A DNA stretch of 58,523 bases, counting the filler, from Sluysia triapertura (taxonomy: Eukaryota): the NCBI GenBank assembly GCA_046118255.1. It is 4 parts of 4 records of this genome, joined end to end, with 100 filler letters (N's around TTAATTAATTAA, not from the genome) between each part and the next. Parts side by side here need not be neighbours in the genome. Positions count along the whole stretch, not along the records: positions 13,861 to 30,036 come from JBJNIA010209368.1; 3 more parts are not named here. One strand, written 5' to 3'. This document shows positions 14,567 to 26,600 of the stretch, one piece after another (the stretch's first letter is position 1; each line of letters begins with the position of its first letter). The notes below the pieces were generated by a model. The model had not been told where the DNA came from, made no database searches, and worked only from the letters and a program-made list of their open reading frames with translations. The position numbers and the translations under genes were made by a program.

Positions 14567-15049
14567 CCCTTTAATCGCCGGTGAACGCATTTTTGCGCAC
14601 ATGAATTTATTTGAGAAATTATATGAAATATATGTGAGAAAAGCCATTAAAAAGCTGGCTCCACTTGCGTTAGTGTTAATTTCAAAATTAATTAAAAATG
14701 CATAATTTTTCATGAATTTTCAATAAAATGTGAAAATTGGTAAATTTAGTATTCTCTCTGAAAATGTAATATAGTGTGGAATATTCTGAAGCAATCTGCC
14801 ATCTTCCAAGTAATAATAACTTTAGACTTCATAATATTTTCACTTATTTTATTTGATTCAAATATTTTTCTCACAAAATGGTGGTATATTATTGAAATAA
14901 CTTTGTGCACAAACTTTAAAAGCAGAAACGATTATGCAAAATATTGTCTTTATTTAATCCTCTAAAACAATATGTAACATGACCTGCTTAAGCCTGAGAA
15001 ACTTGCAGAATACGAGTGGAACCGATTGGTCCCAGCAGCGGCGAAAGGG
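14567..15049. mobile_element. Non-autonomous piggyBac-type element (483 bp)
   Basis: TTAA|CCCTTTAATCGCCG ... CGGCGAAAGGG|TTAA: TTAA target duplications and CCCTTT termini. Confidence 0.75.
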
Positions 15050-17699
15050 TTAATAAAATCAATGCAGAATCTGATAAATGACGATATCAGAAAGTATTTT
15101 CTGAGTACTTTAATAGTATCCAAAATGTTAATGCAAAATATTCAATATGTTTTCCAATTGACACAATTTCTTTCATTAATTTTTGTACTTATAAATTTTT
15201 TTATATTATTTCAAAAGATAAATCAAATTAAGATTTAATGTTTCAATTTTCAATTTAAGTCGATGAAAAAAAATTTATTTAATTCATAATATGAAATGCA
15301 CTCTCACTCGAAGGCAAACAGTAAATATGTCGTAGTCAGTACTTTTACTTATGAATCTGTTTGAACTATACAATTTCAAAATAAATCAAGCATTTCCTTG
15401 ACTTCCATTTGGTTTACAGATAGTAATCCATCCTATATATTCCTCGTTTTATGCGGCACTTTTTTAAACCATTTTTCGCTATTAAACAGTTCAAAAAATT
15501 TAAACTTAAACATTGAAAATTTGTTCATTTTAATCTTAGGTAGTTAATCCTCTTGTCAAATAACTTAATTTTTTTTAGAAATTAATTAGAACATTGTAAT
15601 TAAAATGCTTATTTATTATTCAATAAAATTATAATTTCTAGTCTAAATTCATTTGTTATTCTTATATTCAGCATATTTTTTGATTAAAAAGGATTCAATA
15701 AATTTATTAATTGTTTTAATGTAATGCTTAAATGACTTGACAGATGGATTAAAATTATATAAAAAAAACCCTGCATTTTCAATATTTAATTTTAAATTAT
15801 TCTGCACCATGTAAAAAATCGTGTGAATCGCATATATATACTCAAATTTCAAAAAAGTGCGTTTAGAATTTACGTAATAAATATTGTTTTTATATACATA
15901 AAATGTTTTAAGTGTATACGAATATATAATGTGAAATTGTTACAAATAATTAATGTATAATTAAACTATCACATAGATCAATATGGCCTACACTATTTAA
16001 TGTGTTTCTATAAAGTACATAATATTTTTTGAAGTACAGCATAGTTGATATTCTACTAAAATGGAACACTTAGAAAACTAAAATACTATCTATTCTACTA
16101 AATAAATAATAAATACAAATATTTATTACTATAACTTATAAAAATCTGGTCTTGTTAATTTAATTGGCTTATGGAACTATTTAATTTAAGATAGATGCTG
16201 AAGAAAAAATTGAGATAGAAATATCAAACGACGTTAAGAGTTTAATATTTAATAATAAACATTAAAATAAACTTATTATTTATTTTAATTGTCATTTAAT
16301 ATTGCTGATTATGTATAAGTCCTATAAGTATGTTTATAATTTAATAATACTGAATTGACTAAATGTTGGATTTCTCTGTCCGGCAGGGGAAAGATAAGTT
16401 TGAACTGAACAATATGTAAATCAAGACAAAATTAATCTATAAAAACTCAGTAAATGTAGAAATAATAATAATCGTATTCACACTAAAATGTTTTAATTTT
16501 ATTTAATTGTGTTTATTAACTTTGGTATTTGCGAATTATTTTTTACAAAAATATCAATGAATAAGTATTTAAATTGTATTTAAAAGCTTTGTCATTTTTT
16601 TACTGTTTTTCATGGTATATTTCTTATGCCTTTTTGTATTATTAACTATGCAATAATACTCATTTTTAACATTTTTAATTCTTACACAAACATTCAAACA
16701 CTTAAACAACTAAACAAACAAAACTTTTTAAACTTTAATGTAGCAACTTAATAAAAAGTAATATGATAATGGAATTTCTATAGAAGCAACCTAAGTTCTT
16801 ATTAACTTTATATCCTAACCTTCCTTTTACAACTAAAGAAAGACCACGCTTAAACAATTAACGCTCCTCACACATTACGCACAGCACTGAATCGAAAACA
16901 ATTGAATTTAAAAATCGAACACAAGAGATTGCCAAATTAAGAGGAAACATTAAGCAAACAATTCTTACAACACAATCAATTAAAACTTATAATTACATTC
17001 ACAAAACATGATCTCAGGACCGAAACCCATCTTATAATAAAGTAAAACTTTCAAAACAAGATCAAATCATCCGAAGTTTCGTAGATGAACAAATTGTTAT
17101 GTTTTGTATCAAAAGAATCTGAGTCAGCAAAAAATCGAAAAGATAAAAAGGCAAGAAAATTAAAAAATAATATTAATTTATGTATTGTTTAATTTTTTTG
17201 TTTATATTATGAAGTAATATAATAGTAATCAATAATAATAATAATAATTAATAAATAATAGTTATAATAGTAATAATAAATTACTACTGACGTTAATAAT
17301 TAAGTCAATTTGCAAAGTTGTTAAATTGAATTATGAAATAACAAATTAAACTATCTATGTATGCTGCCTACGTTTTATGCCGACATTGGTTAATTGCAAA
17401 ATCATTGTTATTTATCGAATCATGTTACAGAAAAGACAAAAAGACAAAAATTAATTAATTAAATTTAAGATACAAAAAATAAAATGACAGCAAAAAGAAT
17501 TAGTTTCGCAATAACGTTGGATAAAAAATAATTCCAACGAAATTGACAGATTATAATTTCTAGTAATTGTTAAAGAAGTTGGAACGATAATAAATTATTT
17601 TAGTTTTATTATGAAATTATTGTAGTTATTTTATTTATTAATTCTATTAGTTATTGTAAAATATTGTAGTCATAATTAGTTTTATTATGAAATTAAATT

Positions 17700-18260
17700 G
17701 ATATTGTTACTGTGAGACATCATTTGAAAAAGGAATCAATCGGATTACAAAATGAAATACAAACGATCAGAAATTCAAGTACAATGAACAGTAGTTTACG
17801 AGATATAAACGATAATCTTCGAAGTGCTATTGAATGTTCTGCTTTAGCAATTTAATTTATTATTACTATTATAACTATTTATTATTATTTATTACCACTA
17901 TATTACTACATAATATAATATTGCTGTAAAGTGAAAAATATTTTACAATGTGATCCTGCATATGTAAACCTTCGTGAAGAGAAAATTGATAAAACAGGTT
18001 ATTCAATCTTCACCGAACATGGTGATAGCGGATTATTAACACTACACGATGTAGCTGAAATAGTATCAGAAATAGAACCACCAATAAATCTTGCTATATT
18101 TAATTTGTATGATTTCCAACAAGGAGAAAAAGATTATGTTTTTGTCGACAATACCGTCATTAATAGCGCAATTACATTGTGATGAAGTTAAAAGATATTT
18201 TTTTGAAACGAATGATAGCGATGATGACATTTCTGCATATAGTACTTCAACAAAAAAATG
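17700..18260 (+). pseudogene. Decayed orphan gene (coiled-coil segment plus 83-aa acidic frame)
   Basis: ORF 17931-18182 continues after a frameshift as DEVKRYFFETNDSDDD. It converges on the minus-strand cluster. Confidence 0.35.
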
Positions 18261-18792
18261 AAAATTCCCGACAACGTATGAATCATAACATTAAAGTTCA
18301 CACCAATCGCTATTCGAAAAATTAAATTTTTAATGACTTAAATAGAAATTTATTTAGCGTCGTTAAGTATGTATTTTTATTCATTTATTCATGTGTTGTA
18401 TATAAGTTTGTAAAGTATTATTTGTGTTGTCGGGTAATTCACCTTTTACGTGAATGAAATGGGCCGTTTTTATTAATCTGCAAATTTAAAATTCTTGCAG
18501 AGTTAGTAAAAGTTTTAATTTCAAAGATGTTTTTCATATTATTATTTATTGTGGGGAGGGCTTTTTGTTTTTTAGTTTTACAAATTTATTAAATTTCTTT
18601 TTCATTTTTTTAACTTTATTAAATATATTAAAAATTTGAACTAATATAGAACAATTAAACAATAATTTAAATAAATAAGTTACAATTAATAAAGTAGGCT
18701 TTCGGCCTTTTGAAAACAATAATTTAAGTAAATAAACAACAAGGTCGAATTTTGTATTAACGAGAATAAAAATTATAAAAATATAAATAACG

Positions 18793-19390
18793 CTAATAAA
18801 TAAATAACGTGATATGTGCAACATTATCATTTTTATCTGTACAATCATGAGTAGTAACTGGATTTGAATTTTCTAAAGCTAATAGAGTGTCTTTATCGAA
18901 TGTATTAAGTGACTCCAATTTATCTTCACCAGTTTTTGCAAATGTCATTAAATGTTTAACTTTATGTTTTGTAAGATGTAGTGCTTTACAAATATATTGT
19001 AGCATGTCGAGTAGACCTAAATATCTACCTTTGTAAATATCAAAAATACGTTCAAACATATAGTATTCATTTCTATAAAAGCAGAGAACATTTTCAGTCA
19101 ATTTCAATTTACAAAAACGATAATATTATATTGTTTTCAAAAATGTTTCATCATATTTGCGTGAGAATTGTTTAATATAAATATTTGGATATATTGGTAT
19201 GATATTTGGAAGGTGAACATCCATTAATTTGTAACCAATGATCCAACCATGTATTTCGTCTTATATCAAAAATAAGAGCTTCTATTTGACATAATGTTGA
19301 TACTGTACTCATATCGAATTTTTCACTAATTTTAGTTGTTGATATTATATCAAAAATCAGCATCGAAAATAAAAACATAGTGTTCTGCAA
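18793..19390 (-). pseudogene. Decayed intronless orphan gene(s) downstream of the Dbx-like copy
   Basis: Consecutive same-strand frames with protein-like composition (IFDIRRNTWLDHWLQINGC; FERIFDIYKGRYLGLLDMLQYICKAL). Family not recognised. Confidence 0.4.
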
Positions 19391-19794
19391 ACTAGATAGT
19401 AAACAGAAATTTCGAATTAAATGTATATAAGTAGTTTCTAAATCTAATTCAACTAATTTGTTTTTAGTACAGATTCCAAATTTTGAGATATTACATTTTA
19501 ATCATTTAACATCAACATTTTTTAAAAATCAATTTTTTATAATTTTAATTTCTATATCTTTTATATTACCACAGCATGATATACCGTAACACAATAATAT
19601 GCAAAAGCACCAAATAGACTAAAACGATAGTTTTAAAATTAATTCTAGGTTGAATACGTAATGTAAAATTTTGTTAAACAATTTGTTATGACAATTTGTT
19701 CGATATAAATTGTCTTCAGCATTAGGAGTAGCAGTTGTTATCAAATATAACGGTTCAAATGTCTGAGACTGATTTGATAACCGTGTGGATTTTG

Positions 19795-20298
19795 CTAACG
19801 ATGATCAATAATTGATTGTTGACGTACAGCAGAATTTAATTCGTTATTTACAGCGTCTTGGTCATCATACTGCTCAGTATAAGAATGATCAGGCATTTTA
19901 TCATAAGTATCATCATCTTTACAAATTAAGTTTTCTTCATTGTCAATTATTGAATAAGATTGAAATTCGAAATATCTCGACCAATTAAATAATGACTTAG
20001 CCTCATTTGATTCATCTTCCATTTAGAATCGTAATTTTTTGTCTTCGGTGTTTTCATTTCTTTCTTCTCGTTGAGCTGCTTCTTGTTCGGATATCTCCGA
20101 TGATTTCATGTTATTACCAACAATTTTCAATTCTTCTCCAGAGTTACGCCATTTCATTCGATGGTTTTCACCTGCATCTTTTAATCCAAGTCTATCTGCT
20201 AATTACTTGTGATCTGGTTTAGCTATGTATACATGTTTCTTGAAGGCATCTTCGAAACCTTTTATTTGACTATCAGAAAATAGTGATCGACGTAACAT
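19795..20298 (-). pseudogene. Dbx: Dbx-like homeobox pseudogene (homeobox 20140-20298 plus acidic C-terminal tail)
   Basis: MLRRSLFSDSQIKGFEDAFKKHVYIAKPDHK*LADRLGLKDA-GE-NHRMKWRNS versus Dbx GMLRRAVFSD.QRK.LE..F..QKYISKPDRKKLA..LGLKDSQVKIWFQNRRMKWRNS. In-frame TAA at 20203-20205, net 15-nt loss removing IWFQ, and a second stop at 20023-20025 before the in-frame 75-aa ORF 19795-20022. Confidence 0.85.
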
Positions 20299-20661
20299 CT
20301 AGTTCGCATCTGAAATAATGCTGTCGAAAAATTACTTTTCGAATTCATGTGAATACTAGATGATCCGAAAAAAAGAAATGGAGATGCAGATAAGGAATGA
20401 AAAATTCTGGAACGGTAAAAAATAAGGATAACTTTTGTAATGTATTGGTTTACGAATTAAAGATGATTTTGAACATATATTTGCCTATAAATTTGTCTCT
20501 ATTGCAGAATGAAAATTAAGATGAGATTGGAATTGTGGAATCGTTTGATGTAGTCTTTGTACTTTAGAACTTGAAGTTATGCACTTGTTTTGATTTGCAA
20601 AAGAACTTAGTAGTAGTAATTTGAATTGTTAGAAATACAAACATTTGGAACTTTTGTGAAG

Positions 20662-20667
<6 letters not shown>

Positions 20668-20718
<51 letters not shown>

Positions 20719-20728
20719 ATTATTATTA
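20668..20728. repeat. (TTA)n microsatellite
   Basis: Seen directly. Confidence 0.95.
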
Positions 20729-21949
20729 AATGAGTGCTACAAACTAAAATAAGTTTGTCTTGACTAACCACTTGTTCATTTGCAGTAGAGGTTGCATGTA
20801 TATAATCATATGTAGGCACTAATGTAAATGATCGAAAATATTAATTTATATAATTCGAATGTTTCCTTATCATGAACATTTAAATTTGTTTGGTTTATTA
20901 CTAGTAGAAGTTCATGCTGTGATGCAACTGCGCTAGATGATACAACAAACATTGCTATTTCATAAACTACAAAATAAGATTCCATTTCAAATTTACTAAT
21001 ACTCATTAAATTAAATAAGAATACGTTAACTTATTCAACTGAAAATGTCTGTAAAAATTGTAAATTTTTAGAAAAGTTTTTCCATATTGTAGCACAGAGC
21101 TGAAAAACTCACAAATGCCTTTAAAGAATTTTAATTTTGCAATTTTAAAGAATTTGTAATTTTAGAGAATTTATTTTCGTGTTCTGTTTAAGAACATATG
21201 AGACTATTGACAAAGGTTTTTTGATCACGACGAATCAGTAAGTAAATTTTAAAAATGAACTCCATAAAATGATATTGTGATTTAGTAAGACTTCAATCTA
21301 TAAAAAAATCAAAAACTATTTTTTAATTGTCATTATAAATAAAATAAACAAAATGTCTCGTTTTCTCTTATTTCGAGGATGAGCATGTATAAATTGCATC
21401 TTTGAACGCATAATAAATCATGTCAATTCCACGAACTATAATAATTCAATGTTTTAGTTACTAATACTAATATTTACCTTTTCACATTCATTGGCATGTT
21501 TTTAAAAATAAGCGATATTATGTTATTTCAATTATCATTTGAAATTGCACAAAAACATATTTCAAAATATTTAAAATAAACAAAATATTTCACTTCACAC
21601 TGAAAATATAAAATAAAAATATAAATCGCATTTAAACATCAAAACTCCTAAAAACCTAAAATCAAACAGAAATTAAATAACAATAAAACACTCCTAACTT
21701 TTCTCAACTTTCTATCATCATTTCTAACTCACATGTTATTTTTTTACTCTTTTTAATACTTTTAATAACTGAAAATTTGTTGACGAACAATATGGTGATC
21801 ACTGGTATGGTCAGGACAACTACACGTACAATGTAGCATTTCAAAATCCCAAGTCAGAATTATCGGTAATACAAAAATGCCACAACACAAGAAATACGAC
21901 AGAAATATTGATTATTAAGTGCTACATTTTATCCAAACAAAGTAGCTGA

Positions 21950-22365
21950 ATAATTTAAATGAAACAATCGATTCTTATCGATGTGATTTACAAACTAGTC
22001 GTGAGGAATTAAAATTGGTAATTTCCCAAATAGAACAACTGAAAATCGTTTACGAAAAAGAACAATTGATTCTTCAACATGAGTACAAATTAAAACAGTG
22101 TCATAAACACGAATTAAACATGATCAATAGAATCCAATCAGAAATTTATCGAATCAGAAATTTTGCGTAACCACAAGAATTTAAAAGCGAAATCAGTAAT
22201 TTGAAACAAAAACTAGACTTGTTGAATCATTTGGATGGATTTAACGAAAATATGAAAGATTATTTGAAGAAAAAGCAAGAAAATATTAAATCTAATAAGA
22301 ATATGTTGGAAAAGCAACAAGAAATTATCTGCAAGAAATGTGTGAGAATAAAGCTACTTGAAAGA
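21950..22365 (+). pseudogene. Decayed coiled-coil ORF (retroelement ORF1/gag-like?)
   Basis: E/K/Q/L-rich frames (ISQIEQLKIVYEKEQLILQHEYKLKQ; ISNLKQKLDLLNHL...MKDYLKKKQE) broken by stops. Confidence 0.4.
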
Positions 22366-23260
22366 TAAGTGGTGAGTCCACCAACGTATTGGGCTTACCA
22401 ATTTAATGGTCAACCGTTGGATTTAAAACTATTTATCAAAAATCTAATTTAACAATCTATTGCTTTGATATTTTAGGAGGTCTTTTTATTTTTAGATTTT
22501 AAGAATTTTAATTAGTTTAAAAAAAATATAATTGAGAGAGTTTAATGAGATTCGCTTATACGAACCTTTTAATTTTAATATTTTAATTAGGTTCAATTTA
22601 TTTTAAGATGATTCGCAAAGGAACCAATACTTGATTTAATTGATTTTAAATGTTACAACACAGGTTTAAAAATGAAAATTTTATTAATTGCAAAAACGTA
22701 TATGGTACACATGATAATAAAATAATATAATATTAAAATAGATTATTTTGTAAATAATCTGGATAAAATAATTTTTGTGAAATAGTTTAATACGCTATCG
22801 ATAAATGATAGCGGCAAGGTTCAAAATATATTTTGAGTGTTATTTTAGAGATGAAATATTATAAATTGCTAATAAACTTACAGAAAAAACTAACGAGAAT
22901 AATATGAAAATGATCCAAAAAATTTCCTTGAGTAAATGTTGAATTGTGCAACCGTCTAGCAAAAGCCCTTCCAAATTAAGAATTAAACACTTGAGAAGAT
23001 TACAAAAAACTTGCAAAGAAAAATTTTGTGTAAGAAACGCTTAAGTATGAAGCCTTTTATAGATATTTTAAATGTCCTTGAAGTTATTTTTAGTCATTTG
23101 GATAACAAGATAAGTAAAACAAAAATAATTTTAGTTGATAATTTTAATAATATTTACAAATTTTTAAAATTAATTTTAATAATAATATTTACAATAATTT
23201 TTATAAATAATTTTTTAAAACAATATCAAAATATTAACCTGGATGACGATAAATAAATTA
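22330..23260 (+). repeat. Long dispersed repeat; inverted homolog at about 56530-57570
   Basis: Colinear shared blocks: GTGAGTCCA..CCGTTGGATTT, GATTC(G/T)CAAAGGAACC, AATGTCCTTG, AACCTGGA(T/A)GACGAT. Confidence 0.75.
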
Positions 23261-23612
23261 TAAATTATTTCCAAATTACTGATTTAAATTCCAAAATATT
23301 ATAAATTAATAAATTTTCCAAATTAATAATTTAGTAATTAAAATAAATTATCACTTTAAAAATGAATATAGTCTAATTTAAACTTTAGTATTATGCTAAA
23401 CTTGATGTATATTTAATGTGCTAAACTTTGATAGTGTACAAAACTTTGATCTTGATATAATCTTGATATATTCTACATATCACTGAACAACATTATCGAC
23501 TTAACGAGTTAACGTGAATTTAACGATTTAAAAGTTTTATTAGATAAATATTAGATAAAGGCCTAAAGTGCCATGTATAAATATTGACTATAATAAAATA
23601 AAATTGTTAGAT

Positions 23613-23669
23613 GATGCTGGGAGCTCAGTGGGTAGAGGTCCCGGGTTTGATCCCCGGTCAGTCCATTTT
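23613..23669 (+). pseudogene. Internally deleted tRNA-derived (tRNA-Ala-like) sequence / SINE head
   Basis: A-box AGCTCAGTGGGTAGAG joined directly to GTCCCGGGTTTGATCCCCGG (B-box/T-arm), then TCAGTCCA and TTTT. The anticodon arm is missing. Confidence 0.7.
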
Positions 23670-26600
23670 ATGAAGTCTAACAGAAAGATATAAATGAAAT
23701 GCCGATGAATAATGATCATCTAGTCAATGAATATAAAATTATAGAATTGAAAAATGCCCTAAAAGAAAAATTGAAACATAATGAAAATTTGAACAATAAG
23801 CTAGACAAATATCAGCAGAATATACTAATTTCGAAAAAGAATATTTCGAATTAAATAAAGAAAGAATGAAATTAAAAGCACATAAAGACTCATTATTGAA
23901 TTAACTAAATATAAATCGAAATTACAAACAACTTTATGTTATGATATTAAAGAAATATTATTTCTGCGAGTACAATAATTCGATTAATAATAATACTTAT
24001 AATAATAATAAATTAAAAAAAATTTAATTTATCGCATCGTGCGATGTGGTTAGGCATCATAATATAAATAAGCTACTAAAATTAGTAGCAGCTCACAATA
24101 AATTTATCAAGATAAAACTATGCAACATGAAATTTAAGAAAATAAAATTGGCAATCGACACAATAAGTTTTATTCAGTAAAGTTGGCATTTTACAATAAA
24201 ATTTCGTAAATACGAGATTTAATGTCTTACTTTAATTGCGCAAACAATTTTATTATCCTATGTGAATTTATTTATAGAAATTGAAATCAAAACCTATTAA
24301 GCATCATAAACAAATAAAGAGATGCTGATGTTAGTCTTCAAAGTTGATTCTATTAACAAAGATATTATGATAAAGTTAAAGTTATGTTAATGTATAAAGT
24401 TTATACTACTGACAAAGAAATTATCATAAATAAAGTTAGAGCTCACAACAAACCCAAGTTTATGCCGCAAATAAAGAGGTTTTCATGATCAAAGTTGAAG
24501 TTATTATTAAAGAGATGATTGTACTTAAAACTTCAAATGTAAATAACTCAATTTCATTGTTAATAAAGAACCTTGCAAACAGATGCATTAATCTTGTTTG
24601 AAATTCAAATGGTAGATAATTATGTGTTATTTTTCAATAAAATCACTTGAAAGTCAAACTGTAAATGATTCAATCTTTTTGTACAAAAAATACATTGTAA
24701 ATATAAAACTTACTTCTTCAAATCATCGATTTTTACAGAAATATTTTATCGGGTTGCTTAAAATTAAAAATGTTAATAATTTAATGTTTTTGTCAAAAAG
24801 AGTTTATAATTAAAAATGTCCTATTGTTCAACTCTGTAATATCTAATAATATTTCAACGATATTATGTAAAACGAAATCTTTAGACAAATTTATAAAACA
24901 ATATACAAACAAGAATACATTTATGTCTAATAATAAATTTACGAAATTCTCATTCTACGATGAAAAAACCAAAAATACAAGTTATTAGTAAATAGTTATA
25001 AAGTGGGAAACAAAGTAGTCCTATTCTCCAGAGTTAAACTTCTAACAATTTACGGCAAACGCAGCACCACAATTTTATCATTATGTGAGGTTGCAATTCA
25101 AGATTTTGCCATGGTCTTATCCACAAGTTATGAACTCATCACAGTTATATTATATTCTGGTCATCTTGCATTTCCTGTTCATTTTTCATCTTCTCAGGTA
25201 TGTCTTACCATATAGCCTGAGGTTCCTATATCACTGCAGATTTTATCACTATGAAGAGAAAAGTAAGAAGATATAATTACATTCTTGATTTTAATGAATC
25301 TTCCCCCTATATTATTGTATTTTCTGTGTTTTATTTCCTTTTGTCCTTTGTGGAGCCATTTAATAAAACGGTTCCATAGTTATCTTAATTTTACTAATTC
25401 AACATCAAATCAAAAGTATAAATTGTTTCTACGTAATCAATTTTATAATTCAATCAATAAAAATATTGTTAATTATTTTATGAATTACCACTCGAGCTTA
25501 AATGAATATCTCACAATTACAATGATAACATGTGAGCATTCCATAACATCTCTCCACATAACATTAAATCAATATCATAAAACTCTTACTTACATATGGG
25601 TGACAAAATAAAAATATTTCAATTAACAATTATTAAACTTTTATTTACATCAATATTTAATTATAGTACGAAATCACTCAGAAAATACAATCAATAATAG
25701 AAAAGTACTTGATTTGTAGAAACTTGTTAATTTTTTATATTAGTAGCTTTTTAAGTTTAATTTCGATAACAGATATAAAATACTAAATCTAGATTTAACT
25801 TAATTCTAATAACTTATGTGCAATGTATGAAACATCGTGTGTGATTAGACAATGTAGCATCTCTAGTTTAAATATCAAAATAATTACGAAAAATTACAAT
25901 ACGTTTGATCGTAAAATGCTTATAAAATAGTTTAGTTAAAGAAAAGTTAACTTTATGTTTATTTAAGTTATGTTAATACAACTTCGTATTACGCAATAAA
26001 AATACAAATTGTTGAATTGAAAATAATCAAAACTAAACGAAAATTATTTACTTTCAAATGTTAATAAATAAAATTATATAAATTAATTAAATTGTGGCAT
26101 ATATATGATCAGTTGCTTTTTGTTACCAATAGTATGATATAATGTAAAACCAGTTTTATTATTAACGTTAACTTTATCAGTATTTTCTGGTACTATTATC
26201 TCTTCGGTAGTAGTGCTTTTGTCATGCACCTCTGAAGTGATAGTTTCTGTTGTAATAGATTCAATGATATTTTGCTGAGTTTTCTGTAACATAGTTTCTT
26301 TAATATGTTTTGTAATCATCTTTATTGGTACTTCTTTTTCAATTACATGATTCTTCTTGTTGCAGCAATTCTTTGTTAGTTTCTTCTGATTATTCTGAAT
26401 TATTTTACTATCATTATTATTAAAACTTTTACGTTATTATTTTAAATTAAACTAGATTCACAAAACTTTAGAGTTAGCTTTTAATCAATGACTAATTTGT
26501 TTATATTATTCGCAAACTTTATGAAATTTTACTTTTATTTTTTTACTTTTACTTTTTATTCTGAGGCTTTTAAGTATTTAAGTTGTGACATTTTCTTTGA

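Noticed and set aside
15415-15460. Minus-strand IKRGIY resembling non-LTR RT motif RGIxQGD
   Set aside because: The QGD core needs several repairs and no other RT motifs are nearby.
22961-22975. AAAAGCCCTTCCAAA as the opposite end of the TGTGGGG-terminated element
   Set aside because: Lacks the terminal CACA and lies inside a different dispersed repeat.
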